Of a DNA stretch of 64,000 bases, positions 9,953 to 20,243 are shown one piece after another (position 1 is the first letter of the stretch; each line of letters begins with the position of its first letter). A program made the translations under genes and the position numbers. The notes beneath the pieces are model-generated. The model was not told the DNA's origin and made no database searches. It was given only the letters and a program-made list of their open reading frames with translations. The stretch spans positions 10,144 to 74,143 of the forward strand of contig NZ_CALTSY010000004.1 in the NCBI RefSeq assembly GCF_943908415.1, given 5' to 3'. This stretch comes from an uncultured Anaerococcus sp. Its GTDB lineage: Bacteria; Bacillota; Clostridia; Tissierellales; Peptoniphilaceae.

Positions 9953-11650
9953 TTATGCTTTTTTGATTTCTTCTATTAGAGCTGGTACTACTTCGTGGAA
10001 GTCTCCTACTATACCGTAATCACAGTTTTTAAAGAATGGTGCACTTTCATTATTATTGATTGCAACTATTGTTTTAACATCAGTAATTCCTTGTAAGTGC
10101 TGTACTGCTCCTGATATTCCTACACCAATGTATAAGTCACCTTTGAATTTTTGTCCTGATAGTCCAATATATCTATCTAATGGTACATAGCGTTTTACCT
10201 CAGCTATTGGACGAGAGCTTCCTACTGATGCTCCTGTTTCTTTAGCTAATTCCATAATAACTTCTTTGTTTTGTTCTTCGCCTATACCCATACCAAAGGC
10301 AACTACCCTATCTGAGTCTTCGAAAGCATAGTCTGGGTTAACATCTTTTTTATCAAAAGTATATCCATCTGCCTTTAATGCTTCAACTAATTTTTTAGCT
10401 GATTCTTTTGGATCACCTTTAAATATTTCTTTCTTTCTATCTCCAACTATTGATTTTTTAGGTTTTCTTTGTATCTTGCCTGTTCCTTCACTACTAGACT
10501 TTTCTGGTCTTGGAAGTATATGGCTTGCAATTACAACTCTCATTATTTGGTTTGTACCTTCATAGATTTGTGTAATCTTAGAATCTCTGTAGTGTCTTTC
10601 TACATCTACACCTTTAATAAAGCCTGAACCACCATATAATTGTAGGGCATCTGAAGTAACCTTATCAGCTAAATCTGATGCATAAAGTTTTGCCATTGCC
10701 GCATCTTTACCATAGCCTTTTTCGTGGTTTTCTTTCTTATCTGCTGCATCATATACTAAAAGTCTAGCTGCCTTTATTTGTGTAGCCATATCAGCTAACA
10801 TAAATTGAGTATTTTGGAATTGAGCAATAGATCTACCAAATTGTTCACGTTGGATAGTGTAATCTTTAGCTGATTCATAAGCTCCTTGAGCTATACCTAA
10901 AGCTTGAGCAGCTATACCGATTCTACCACCATCTAAGATCATCATAGCTTCTTTGAATCCTTTGCCAAGTTCACCTAATAAATTTTCTTTAGGAACTTTA
11001 ACATTATCAAAATGAAGCTCTGCTGTAACTGAAGATCTTATACCTAGCTTGTCATATGGTTCTGAGAATGTAAATCCTTCAAAGTCCTTATCAACTATAA
11101 ACTGAGATATGCCGTGATTACCCTTGCCTGGTTCAGTAATTGCTGTTACAAGATAAGTTTGAGCATAAGGGGCATTGGTAATATAAATCTTTTTACCATT
11201 TAGTAGATAGTAATCTCCCTTATCAACAGCTGTAGTTTCTGTGCCAGCTGAATCTGATCCTGCATTATCTTCTGTAAGACCAAATCCACCTAAAGATCTA
11301 CCATCTAATAGTGGTCTTAGATATTTCTCTTTTTGTTCATCTGTACCCCACTCATTAATACCCCATGTACCTAAGGATGTATGAGCAGATACTATTACAC
11401 CAACACCACCATCAACTCTAGAAAGTTCTTCTACAGCTACAGCATAGTGTTTTTGACTAAGTCCAGCACCACCCCATTCTTCAGGAAAAGGAATGCCTAA
11501 AAGACCAAGCTCTCCCATTTCCTTTACTATATCTACAGGAAATTCCTTAGTTTGGTCTAATTGAAATGCTATTGGTTTTACTTTCTTTTCTGCAAAATCT
11601 CTAACATATTGTCTAAATTCTTCTATATCTTTTGGTAAATTATAAGCCAT
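9953..11650 (-). CDS. acyl-CoA dehydrogenase fused to a C-terminal EtfA-like FAD-binding domain
   Basis: Residues 1-~380 are ACAD (compare bcd). Residues ~420-565 align closely with the C-terminal domain II of the EtfA at 16815-17819 (SVGSSRP...IGISGAIQHL...DYGIVGD..EVVPAL). Confidence 0.8.
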   Translation of the reverse strand: MAYNLPKDIEEFRQYVRDFAEKKVKPIAFQLDQTKEFPVDIVKEMGELGLLGIPFPEEWGGAGLSQKHYAVAVEELSRVDGGVGVIVSAHTSLGTWGINEWGTDEQKEKYLRPLLDGRSLGGFGLTEDNAGSDSAGTETTAVDKGDYYLLNGKKIYITNAPYAQTYLVTAITEPGKGNHGISQFIVDKDFEGFTFSEPYDKLGIRSSVTAELHFDNVKVPKENLLGELGKGFKEAMMILDGGRIGIAAQALGIAQGAYESAKDYTIQREQFGRSIAQFQNTQFMLADMATQIKAARLLVYDAADKKENHEKGYGKDAAMAKLYASDLADKVTSDALQLYGGSGFIKGVDVERHYRDSKITQIYEGTNQIMRVVIASHILPRPEKSSSEGTGKIQRKPKKSIVGDRKKEIFKGDPKESAKKLVEALKADGYTFDKKDVNPDYAFEDSDRVVAFGMGIGEEQNKEVIMELAKETGASVGSSRPIAEVKRYVPLDRYIGLSGQKFKGDLYIGVGISGAVQHLQGITDVKTIVAINNNESAPFFKNCDYGIVGDFHEVVPALIEEIKKA

Positions 11651-11830
11651 TTTAACTCCTTAAACATAAATTTATAATAAATAATACAAACTGTAAAATT
11701 GTTTGCCTAATATTATTATACCCACTTTTTTGCAAACTATCTAAATTATGTAAAGAAATTTATAAAGGTATAGTATTATATGTATTTTCAAGACTAATAA
11801 TGAATTTTTAAAATTAAATAGAGAGGTAAT

Positions 11831-12265
11831 ATGATATTTAGTGATTTTTTAAATATAGAATTTTTGGAGTTTGATGATGATCATGCTAAGGCAAGGATGC
11901 CTCTAAAAAAGGAACTAGCAAATAATATACATAGCTTACATGGTGGAATAACTGCTAGTATTATAGACAGCGTAAGTGGTTATTTAGCTAGCAGTAGAAA
12001 AATAATGACTCCAACTAATAATATGAGTATCTACTACTTTAATCCTATTATTGTTGAGGAAGGAAAGTTTGTATATGCTGAAGCTAAGGTTATGAAAAGA
12101 GGTAAAAAAATAATAGTAGTTGACTGTGAAATATATGATGATGATTACACATTAGCTGCAAAGGCAACTACTTCATTTAGTGCAGTGAAAAGAAAATTAC
12201 CCCAAGAGATTTTAGATGAGGTACGTGAATATACTACTCCTAAAAAACAGAATGAAGCAAAGTAA
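11831..12265 (+). CDS. PaaI/hotdog-fold thioesterase
   Basis: 144 aa with HGG motif (SLHGGITASIIDS). Confidence 0.7.
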   Translation: MIFSDFLNIEFLEFDDDHAKARMPLKKELANNIHSLHGGITASIIDSVSGYLASSRKIMTPTNNMSIYYFNPIIVEEGKFVYAEAKVMKRGKKIIVVDCEIYDDDYTLAAKATTSFSAVKRKLPQEILDEVREYTTPKKQNEAK

Positions 12266-12267
12266 AA

Positions 12268-12296
12268 GGGATGCACAACTGCACCCCTTTTATATT
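12268..12296. terminator. bidirectional intrinsic terminator between convergent genes
   Basis: GGGATGCACAACTGCACCCC hairpin flanked by A-run and T-run. Confidence 0.5.
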
Positions 12297-12306
12297 TTCA
12301 AAATAT

Positions 12307-13647
12307 CTATTTATTAGAATTTCTCCAAATTCCTAATTTATCTGCTTCTTTTATAAGTTCATCCCTATTATCTGGGTGGGCAAGGCTAATTAAAGCGTCT
12401 GTTGCTTGCCAGGTTGATAATCCCTTAAAGTTCTTAATACCTTGTTCTGTAGCTATATAGTGTGTGTTACTTCTAACAGCTGTAGCTTGAGTACCTGGCT
12501 TAAATGTTGGAACTATATTTGATATTCTATTGCCTTCTTTATCAACTCTTGAGGATTTAAGTGCTACTATTGAGCGTCCACCCTTAGATCTATAAGCACC
12601 AAGGATAAAGTCTAGAGCTCCACCAGCACCAGAAATATGTCTAGTACCTACTGTTTCTGAAGAAATTTGTCCCCATAGATCAACTTGCATAGCTGTATTT
12701 ATTGATACAAAATTATCCAAAGATGCGATAATATCTACATCATTTGCATATCCTACTGGTACAGCCATCAACTCTTCGTTGTGGTCTATATAATCATAAA
12801 GCTCTTGACTACCTGCAGCAAAGGCATAAGCTTGACGACCTATATCTCTGTTCTTTTTCATACCTGTAATGCGTCCAGCCTTAGCCATCTCAACGAAAGC
12901 ATCTACGTACATTTCTGAATGAACTCCTAAATCCTTAAGGTCTGACTTAGCAATTTCAGATCCTATAGCATTTGGAAGACCACCTATGCCTATTTGTAAG
13001 CAATCTCCATCTCTTAGTAAGCCTACTACATGCTCAGCAACTTTAAGGTCTTCTTCGCCAAACTTAGCTTTTCCAAGAGTTAGCATATCGTAATTAGCTT
13101 CATAAATGTAGTCTACATCTTTTATATTGATATAGTTTAGATATCCACCTAAAGCTACCGGTACATTTTCATTTACTTCTAAGATTACCTTATCTGCATT
13201 TTTAAATGTTTCCCAAGCGTGACTTGCAGATAAACCAAAGTTGAAGTTACCATTTTTATCCATTGGTGATACTTGCATAAGTGCTATGCTAGCTTTATCT
13301 GCATTTTCATTTATATATCTACCTATTTCACTATATTTAACTGGTATAAAATATGCACTATGATCGCGTCTATTTACAAGTGCTCTTTCAGTTCCTGATG
13401 AGTGCCATGAATGGTAAATAAAGTGCTCTCCTGTTGTGTCTGCATCACCTATAGCTAATTGATAAGGGATTACTCCTCCTCTAATTTTTACATCATGAAA
13501 GTCATTTACTCTTTTAGCTAAAGCTTCATCAAAGGCTTTTGGAGTTAATGCACACCAGCCTAGATCTATCCAATCTCCATCTTTAACTAAGTTAACAGCT
13601 TTATCTACAGTTATAAGCTTTTGCTCATATTCTTTTTTAAAATCCAT
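12307..13647 (-). CDS. butyryl-CoA:acetate CoA-transferase (acetyl-CoA hydrolase/transferase family)
   Basis: 446 aa. Resembles the Cat1/But/4-hydroxybutyrate CoA-transferase family, and sits in a butyrate context. Confidence 0.8.
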   Translation of the reverse strand: MDFKKEYEQKLITVDKAVNLVKDGDWIDLGWCALTPKAFDEALAKRVNDFHDVKIRGGVIPYQLAIGDADTTGEHFIYHSWHSSGTERALVNRRDHSAYFIPVKYSEIGRYINENADKASIALMQVSPMDKNGNFNFGLSASHAWETFKNADKVILEVNENVPVALGGYLNYINIKDVDYIYEANYDMLTLGKAKFGEEDLKVAEHVVGLLRDGDCLQIGIGGLPNAIGSEIAKSDLKDLGVHSEMYVDAFVEMAKAGRITGMKKNRDIGRQAYAFAAGSQELYDYIDHNEELMAVPVGYANDVDIIASLDNFVSINTAMQVDLWGQISSETVGTRHISGAGGALDFILGAYRSKGGRSIVALKSSRVDKEGNRISNIVPTFKPGTQATAVRSNTHYIATEQGIKNFKGLSTWQATDALISLAHPDNRDELIKEADKLGIWRNSNK

Positions 13648-13785
13648 ATAAACCTCTCAAAATTTTAAAATCGTTTTCTTTTATAAATTTATTATAACAT
13701 TGTTGATAATAAATATCTACAATAAATAAAAACTTAACATATTTTTATACTAAGCCTTATACTTAAAGTATAAAAATAATCTCCC

Positions 13786-13822
13786 AAATTTTTTATTCGG
13801 GAGATTATTCGTTATTTTAGTG
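13786..13822 (-). terminator. intrinsic terminator after thl
   Basis: 11-bp stem AATAATCTCCC/GGGAGATTATT followed by a T-run on the minus strand. Confidence 0.55.
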
Positions 13823-13831
13823 ATATCCTAA

Positions 13832-15016
13832 TTATCTTTCAACGATAATAGCAGTACCCATTCCACCACCTATACATAATGTTGCAAGACCTCTTTTTGA
13901 GTCTCTTTTTTGCATTTCATAAAGTAAGGTTGTAAAAATTCTAGCTCCTGATGCTCCAATTGGGTGACCAAGTGCAATAGCACCACCGTTTACGTTTACA
14001 ATATCAGTATTTAAACTTAATTCTTTGATAACTGATAATGCTTGAGCTGCAAATGCTTCGTTAGCTTCGATAAGATCTAAGTCTTCTAATTTTAGATCAC
14101 CTTTTTCTAAAGCTTTTCTAACTGTTGGGATTGGGCCTGTACCCATGATTGCTGGGTCTACACCTTCTGTTGCATATGAAACTATAGTTGCTAGTGGAGT
14201 AACACCTAATTCTTTAGCTTTTTCTTCACTCATTACAACTAAAGCAGCAGAACCATCGTTTAGACCAGATGCATTTGCTGCAGTTACAGAACCACCATCT
14301 CTTTTGAATGCTGGTTTAAGGCCAGAAATACCTTCAGCTGTAACACCTTCTCTGATGTGTTCATCTGTATCTACAACTGTAACATTGCCTTTTCTATCTT
14401 TAATTTCTACAGGAACTATTTCATCTTTGAATCTACCTTCTGCACGTGCTTTTTCAGCTCTATTTTGACTTTCTGCAGCAAGTTGATCTTGTTCTTCACG
14501 AGTAAGACCGTATTTTTCTACTATGTTTTCAGCTGTCATACCCATGTGGTAGTCATTGAAAGCATCCCAAAGTCCGTCTTTGATCATCTCATCGACAACT
14601 TTTTTGTCTCCCATTCTAGCTCCCCATCTCTCATCATCTAATAGATATGGAGCATTAGACATAGATTCTGTACCACCAGCTACGATTATATCAGCATCTC
14701 CTGCTTTAATCATTTGAGCTGCTACTGATACTGATCTTAAGCCTGATCCACAAACAATATTAACTGTCATAGCTGGTTTTTCTTTAGGGATTCCAGCATC
14801 TATAGAAATTTGTCTAGCTACGTTTTGGCCTTGTCCTGCTTGAAGTACACAACCAAATACTGTTTCATCAACATCTTCTGGTTTAATTCCTGCTCTATTG
14901 ATAGCTTCTTTTACTGCAGTTACACCTAAATCTTTTGCAGATACTGATTTTAAAGCTCCGCCATAAGAACCTACTGGTGTTCTTGCTGCACTTGCTATTA
15001 CTACTTTTCTAGTCAT
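13832..15016 (-). CDS. thlA: acetyl-CoA C-acetyltransferase (thiolase)
   Basis: 394 aa with thiolase active-site motifs ([22 protein letters not shown]). Confidence 0.9.
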   Translation of the reverse strand: MTRKVVIASAARTPVGSYGGALKSVSAKDLGVTAVKEAINRAGIKPEDVDETVFGCVLQAGQGQNVARQISIDAGIPKEKPAMTVNIVCGSGLRSVSVAAQMIKAGDADIIVAGGTESMSNAPYLLDDERWGARMGDKKVVDEMIKDGLWDAFNDYHMGMTAENIVEKYGLTREEQDQLAAESQNRAEKARAEGRFKDEIVPVEIKDRKGNVTVVDTDEHIREGVTAEGISGLKPAFKRDGGSVTAANASGLNDGSAALVVMSEEKAKELGVTPLATIVSYATEGVDPAIMGTGPIPTVRKALEKGDLKLEDLDLIEANEAFAAQALSVIKELSLNTDIVNVNGGAIALGHPIGASGARIFTTLLYEMQKRDSKRGLATLCIGGGMGTAIIVER

Positions 15017-15062
15017 TTATTATCCTTCCTTTAATCTTTTATAATTAATTGTCTAATCTATC

Positions 15063-15905
15063 TTATTTGCTGTAGTCGTAGAAGCCTTTACCAGATTTTC
15101 TACCTAATTCACCAGCTGCAACTTTTTGTCTAAGAAGCACTGGAGCAGCATATTTATCATTACCAAAGGTATCTTTAAAGTAATCCATAACACTGAGTAT
15201 TATGTCTAGTCCAATAAGATCTGCTAATTCTAAAGGTCCCATTGGGTGGTTTGCACCAAGTTTCATTGCTGTATCAATATCTTCTGGTTTTGCAAGTCCT
15301 TCTTGAAGTACATAGATACCTTCAGAAACCATTGGGATAAGAATTCTGTTTACTACAAATCCTGGAGCTTCTTTTACTTCTACTGGTGTTTTACCAATTT
15401 CTTCAGTAATTGATTTTACTTTTTCTACAGTTTCATCGCTTGTTGTAATACCTTTTATAAGTTCTACAAGTTTCATGATTGCTGCTGGGTTAAAGAAGTG
15501 CATACCTATAACTTTATCAGGTCTATTTGTAGCTGCTGCTATTTCTGTAATAGAGATTGATGAAGTGTTTGAAGCAAGTATTGTATCTTCTTTACAAAGT
15601 TCATCTAATTCTTTGAATATAGATTTTTTGATTTCTGGATTTTCACTTGCAGCTTCAACTATTAAATCACAGTCTTTAAGTTCATTTACATCTGTAGTGA
15701 ATGTAAGTCTTCCTAGATATTCATTCTTTTGATCTTCTGTGATTCTTTCTTTTGCTACAGATTTTTCAAAAGATTTTGTTATTATAGATTTACCTTTATC
15801 AACAAATTCATCTTTGATATCTCTAACTACAACATCGTATTTCTTGCTTGCAACTTCAGCAATGCCAGCACCCATTGTACCTGCACCAATTACACCTATT
15901 TTCAT
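15063..15905 (-). CDS. hbd: 3-hydroxybutyryl-CoA dehydrogenase
   Basis: 280 aa with N-terminal GAGTMG Rossmann fold, a 3HCDH family member. Confidence 0.9.
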   Translation of the reverse strand: MKIGVIGAGTMGAGIAEVASKKYDVVVRDIKDEFVDKGKSIITKSFEKSVAKERITEDQKNEYLGRLTFTTDVNELKDCDLIVEAASENPEIKKSIFKELDELCKEDTILASNTSSISITEIAAATNRPDKVIGMHFFNPAAIMKLVELIKGITTSDETVEKVKSITEEIGKTPVEVKEAPGFVVNRILIPMVSEGIYVLQEGLAKPEDIDTAMKLGANHPMGPLELADLIGLDIILSVMDYFKDTFGNDKYAAPVLLRQKVAAGELGRKSGKGFYDYSK

Positions 15906-15916
15906 CTTATCTCTCC

Positions 15917-16696
15917 TTATTTGTTTTGAAATTCAGCTTTTTCTTTGTTGATAAAAGCTTGTGTTCCGGTTTTCATATCTTCAGTTGAGAAAATTAATCC
16001 AAAGTTGTTTTCCTCAATATATAAAGCTGTGTCTATATCAGCTTGAGCACCCTCATTTATAGCTGATTTAGAAAGTCTTACACCTATAGGAGCTTTGCTT
16101 GCGATTTGATTTGCCAATTCATTTACTCTATTATCAAGTTCTTCTGGCTCAACAACATCTTGTACAAGTCCTATTTCATAAGCCTTGTCTGCCTTTATAT
16201 TTTCAGCTGAGTAAATTAAATACTTAGCCCATCCTTGTCCTACAAGTCTTTGTAATCTTTGAGTTCCACCAAATCCCGGGATTAGACCAAGACCTACTTC
16301 AGGTTGACCAAATAATGCTTTAGAACTTGCAATTCTAATATCACAGCTCATAGCTAGTTCACATCCACCACCTAAAGCGAAACCGTTTACCTCTGCTATA
16401 ACTGGGATTGGTAAGCTTTCAATTTTTCTAAATACATCTATACCAGTTTTTGAAAAGTCCACTGCTCCTAAGGTATCAAGTTTTGACATTTCTTTTATAT
16501 CAGCTCCTGCTATGAAAGATCTGCCACCACCAGTTATTATAAGTACTCTTAAGTCTTTATTTTCAATTACCTCATCAAGTACCTTATCTAACTCACCTAA
16601 AACTTCAGAATTTAATGCGTTAAGTGCATCAGGTCTATCCATGGTTATTTTAGCAATATATCCATCAGTATCATACTTAATAGTATTATAGGTCAT
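15917..16696 (-). CDS. crt: short-chain enoyl-CoA hydratase (crotonase)
   Basis: 259 aa in the crotonase fold (GGGCELAM). Confidence 0.85.
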   Translation of the reverse strand: MTYNTIKYDTDGYIAKITMDRPDALNALNSEVLGELDKVLDEVIENKDLRVLIITGGGRSFIAGADIKEMSKLDTLGAVDFSKTGIDVFRKIESLPIPVIAEVNGFALGGGCELAMSCDIRIASSKALFGQPEVGLGLIPGFGGTQRLQRLVGQGWAKYLIYSAENIKADKAYEIGLVQDVVEPEELDNRVNELANQIASKAPIGVRLSKSAINEGAQADIDTALYIEENNFGLIFSTEDMKTGTQAFINKEKAEFQNK

Positions 16697-16814
16697 AAAT
16701 TCCTCCTAACATCACTCTTAAGATGATTGGTATAAGCTAGCATTTTGCTTATTTGATTTGAAATAATGCATAACTTATTAGCTTATACCTATATCTTAAT
16801 TACTTTTGAAACTT

Positions 16815-17819
16815 TTATTTACCTTTTTTTTCTCTAATTTTTTCAGTTAATGCTGGAACAACTTCAAATAAATCGCCTACTATACCATAGTCTGCTACAG
16901 TGAAGATTGGTGCATCTGGATCTTTATTTATAGCTATTATAGTATCACTAGCTCCTATACCAGCCAAGTGTTGGATAGCTCCAGAAATTCCTATTGCAAT
17001 GTAAACTTTAGGTCCTACAGTTGTACCTGATTGTCCAACTTGGTGAGAGTGTGAAATCCATCCTTCATCTACTAATGGACGAGATGATCCTACTGAACCT
17101 TCAAGTGCATCTGCTAGGTCTTCAATTAACTTAAAGTTAGCTGAATCTCCAAGTCCACGTCCACCTGATACGATGTATTCAGCAGCTGTTAAGTCTACAT
17201 CATCTCCCTCATCGCGAGGTATGAAGTCAAGTATTTTTGTTCTAACTTCTCCAGTGTATTCGATTTCTTCTGAGATTTCTTCTATATTCTCTTTTTGATT
17301 TTCTTCTGGCTTAGTAAATACACCAGGTCTTACAGTACCCATTTGTGGTCTGTTATCTGGAGATAAGATTTGAGCCATTAAGTTTCCACCAAATGCTGGT
17401 CTTGTCCACTTAACATCACCTGTTTCAAAGTCTACATCTAATTCTGTACAGTCTGCTGTAAGTCCTGTACCAAGTCTTGATGAAACTCTAGGTCCTAAGT
17501 CTCTACCATTTTGTGTTGCACCAATTAAGATAACATTAGGGCTATGTTTTTCAACAAGTTTACAAATAGCATTTGTATAAACATCAGTGTTGTATTCTTT
17601 GTAAGTTTCACCTTCTACAGAAATCACCTTATCAACACCATATTTTTTAACTTCTTCGCGAGCTTTTTCAACGTTTTCGCCAACAAGTACTGCTACTAGG
17701 TCTTCTTTTAACATATCAGCCATTTTTCTACCTGGATTCATTAGTTCCAAGCCGACATTTAATGCTGAACCATCTTCTTTTGTTTCAACAAATACCCAAA
17801 GATTTTTATTTTCTGACAT
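16815..17819 (-). CDS. etfA: electron transfer flavoprotein alpha subunit
   Basis: 334 aa with the EtfA FAD domain. Confidence 0.9.
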   Translation of the reverse strand: MSENKNLWVFVETKEDGSALNVGLELMNPGRKMADMLKEDLVAVLVGENVEKAREEVKKYGVDKVISVEGETYKEYNTDVYTNAICKLVEKHSPNVILIGATQNGRDLGPRVSSRLGTGLTADCTELDVDFETGDVKWTRPAFGGNLMAQILSPDNRPQMGTVRPGVFTKPEENQKENIEEISEEIEYTGEVRTKILDFIPRDEGDDVDLTAAEYIVSGGRGLGDSANFKLIEDLADALEGSVGSSRPLVDEGWISHSHQVGQSGTTVGPKVYIAIGISGAIQHLAGIGASDTIIAINKDPDAPIFTVADYGIVGDLFEVVPALTEKIREKKGK

Positions 17820-17828
17820 GATTCCTCC

Positions 17829-18638
17829 TTAAATTAGCTTCTCATCAGCCAAAGCTGCAATTAACTTATCTACAGCTTCTTCAGGCTCCATATTTTCATA
17901 TATTTCCCCAGCTTTTTGGATATCTGGTGCATATGATTTAGCTACTCTTGTAGGAGAACCTTTTAAGCCTATTTTTGACTCGTCAATTGTGTCAGCCATA
18001 TCTTCAAAAGTCACTTGCTCAATTTCAGCTTTTTTAGCTTTTAATTTATCTTTTATTTTAGGATATCTTAATTCGATATCTTTATATTTTGTAAATGTTA
18101 CAAGTGCTGGCACTACTGATTGTATGTTTCTTGCTCCACCTTCTGCTTCTTGTAAAACTTTTATTCCTTCATCATTTAATTCAACTGTGTATCCACGTGT
18201 TACTTGTGGTAAACCTAATAGTTCAGCAACTTCTGGTCCTACTTGAGCAGTATCACCATCTATAGCTTGCATACCACAGAAGACTAAATCTGGTTCGCCT
18301 TCTTCTTTTGCAACTGTCTTAATAGCATTTGATAGGATGTAGCTTGTAGCAAGTGTATCAGATCCACCGAATTTTCTATCTGTTACTAAATAAGCTTTAT
18401 CAGCTCCAACAGCTAAACAATCTCTTAACATAGATTCTGCTTGATTTGGTCCCATTGATATAACAATTATTTTAGTATCAGGGTCATTATCTTTAATTCT
18501 TAAAGCTTGCTCTAAAGCAAATGCGTCATAAGTATTTAATATACTTGGAACACCTTTTCTAACTAAAGTATTTGTTACAGGATCAATCTTAATTTCATTT
18601 GTATCCGGTACTTGCTTTGCACATACAAAAATGTTCAT
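17829..18638 (-). CDS. etfB: electron transfer flavoprotein beta subunit
   Basis: 269 aa of EtfB. Confidence 0.9.
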   Translation of the reverse strand: MNIFVCAKQVPDTNEIKIDPVTNTLVRKGVPSILNTYDAFALEQALRIKDNDPDTKIIVISMGPNQAESMLRDCLAVGADKAYLVTDRKFGGSDTLATSYILSNAIKTVAKEEGEPDLVFCGMQAIDGDTAQVGPEVAELLGLPQVTRGYTVELNDEGIKVLQEAEGGARNIQSVVPALVTFTKYKDIELRYPKIKDKLKAKKAEIEQVTFEDMADTIDESKIGLKGSPTRVAKSYAPDIQKAGEIYENMEPEEAVDKLIAALADEKLI

Positions 18639-18668
18639 TTTTTCTCCTTTTCTTAAACCTATTTACAA

Positions 18669-19805
18669 TTATCTTAATAAACTACCAGAAACTACCATAA
18701 GCATTACTTCTGATGTTCCTTCATAGATTTGTGTTATCTTAGCGTCTCTCATCATTCTTTCAACTTCATATTCTGCTGAATATCCATATCCACCGTGAAG
18801 TTGTACAGCTTCTGTTGTAACATCCATTGCTACTTTTGCTGCTTTATATTTTGCGGTTGCTGCTGCTACAGTGTAGTTTTCACCGTTATCTTTTTGTGTA
18901 GCTGCATAATATACTAAGTTTCTAACAGCTTCTATTTCTATTGCCATTTCAGCTAGTTTAAATTGTGTATTTTGGAAGTTTGCAATTGGTCTACCAAATT
19001 GTTGTCTTTCTTTAACATATTTAATTGTTCTTTCTAAAGCTCCTTCAGCAATACCTAGTGCTTGAGCTGCAACACCGATTCTACCACCATCAAGTGTTTG
19101 CATTGCTATCTTAAATCCTTTACCTTCTTCTAGAAGTAAGTTTTCTTTTGGAACCTTACAATCTTTAAAGATAAGCTCTCTTGTTGAAGAACCTTTGATT
19201 CCCATTTTATCTTCTATAGCACCAGTTTCAAATCCTTCAAAGTCTTTTTCAACTATAAATGCTGAAATACCTTTAGTTCCTTGTGATTTATCTGTCATAG
19301 CCATAACTATATAAGTATCTGCATAACCTGCATTTGTTATAAATACTTTTGAACCATTAAGTACGTAGTGATCTCCGTCTAAAACAGCTACAGTTTTTTG
19401 TCCTGCTGCATCTGTACCAGCATCTGGTTCTGTAAGTGCGAATGCTCCTATTGCTTCACCACTTGCTAAAGGAGTTAAGTATTTTTGTTTTTGTTCTTCT
19501 GTACCGAACTTGTTGATACAATCTGCACATAAAGAAGTATGAGCTGATATAATTACTCCAGTTGTTCCACAAGCTTTAGATAATTCTTCAACCGCTAAGA
19601 TATATGTAAGTGTATCTAGACCTATACCACCATATTCTTCAGCAAAAGGAATACCAAAAAATCCAAGTTCTTGCATCTTCTTAACGTTTTCTTCTGGGAA
19701 TTTATGTTCCTTATCTACCTCAATTGCCATTGGTGCAACTTCTTTTTGTGTGAAGTCTCTAAACATTTCCCTCATCTCGATTTGTTCATCAGTTAGTTTA
19801 TACAT
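18669..19805 (-). CDS. bcd: butyryl-CoA dehydrogenase
   Basis: ACAD family. The start was chosen at MYKLTDEQ, which has an AAAGGAGA RBS; the ORF-track start at 19835 lacks one. Confidence 0.9.
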   Translation of the reverse strand: MYKLTDEQIEMREMFRDFTQKEVAPMAIEVDKEHKFPEENVKKMQELGFFGIPFAEEYGGIGLDTLTYILAVEELSKACGTTGVIISAHTSLCADCINKFGTEEQKQKYLTPLASGEAIGAFALTEPDAGTDAAGQKTVAVLDGDHYVLNGSKVFITNAGYADTYIVMAMTDKSQGTKGISAFIVEKDFEGFETGAIEDKMGIKGSSTRELIFKDCKVPKENLLLEEGKGFKIAMQTLDGGRIGVAAQALGIAEGALERTIKYVKERQQFGRPIANFQNTQFKLAEMAIEIEAVRNLVYYAATQKDNGENYTVAAATAKYKAAKVAMDVTTEAVQLHGGYGYSAEYEVERMMRDAKITQIYEGTSEVMLMVVSGSLLR

Positions 19806-19881
19806 ATTATCTCCTTTAATCATTTTCGTTAACATTTATTATATACCCAATTGCTTAGGCTATAATCTATCAACCACTTTC

Positions 19882-19899
19882 TTGTTACAAATATAACAA
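19882..19899. promoter_or_regulatory. Rex-like operator (TTGTTACAAATATAACAA) overlapping the bcd promoter
   Basis: 18-bp inverted repeat matching the clostridial Rex consensus TTGTTAAnnnnTTAACAA at 6/7 positions in each half-site. It overlaps the -10 region ~50-65 nt upstream of bcd, with TTGACA 16 nt upstream. Confidence 0.5.
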
Positions 19900-20161
19900 T
19901 AAAATTGTCTTTTGTCAAGTTTATTTGATTATTTTATTTTACAAAATGACTTTCAAGTTAAGATGTTAACACAGATAACAAATACGTTAATTATTTGTTT
20001 TATATGCAATATCTTTTTTATTTTAGAAAATGTTTGCCTTTTTTATAGGTTATTAGTTTATCATAATAAAAAATATAAAATATTATAGACATAGTAGTTT
20101 TTTATTTTATTATAAGCGAATTTCTTTTTGGATTAGTCCAATTATATTTTAAGATAAAATT

Positions 20162-20190
20162 TTTACAAACTATTTTGTTTATGCTATAAT
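20162..20190 (+). promoter_or_regulatory. sigma-A-type promoter for the FAD dehydrogenase/lactate module
   Basis: TTTACA, 17-nt spacer, TATAAT, ~55 nt upstream of the ATG at 20244. Confidence 0.45.
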
Positions 20191-20243
20191 GAAAACGAAA
20201 TCACGAAGGATTTCATAAATTTGTTTAAAATCTAGGAGGAATT

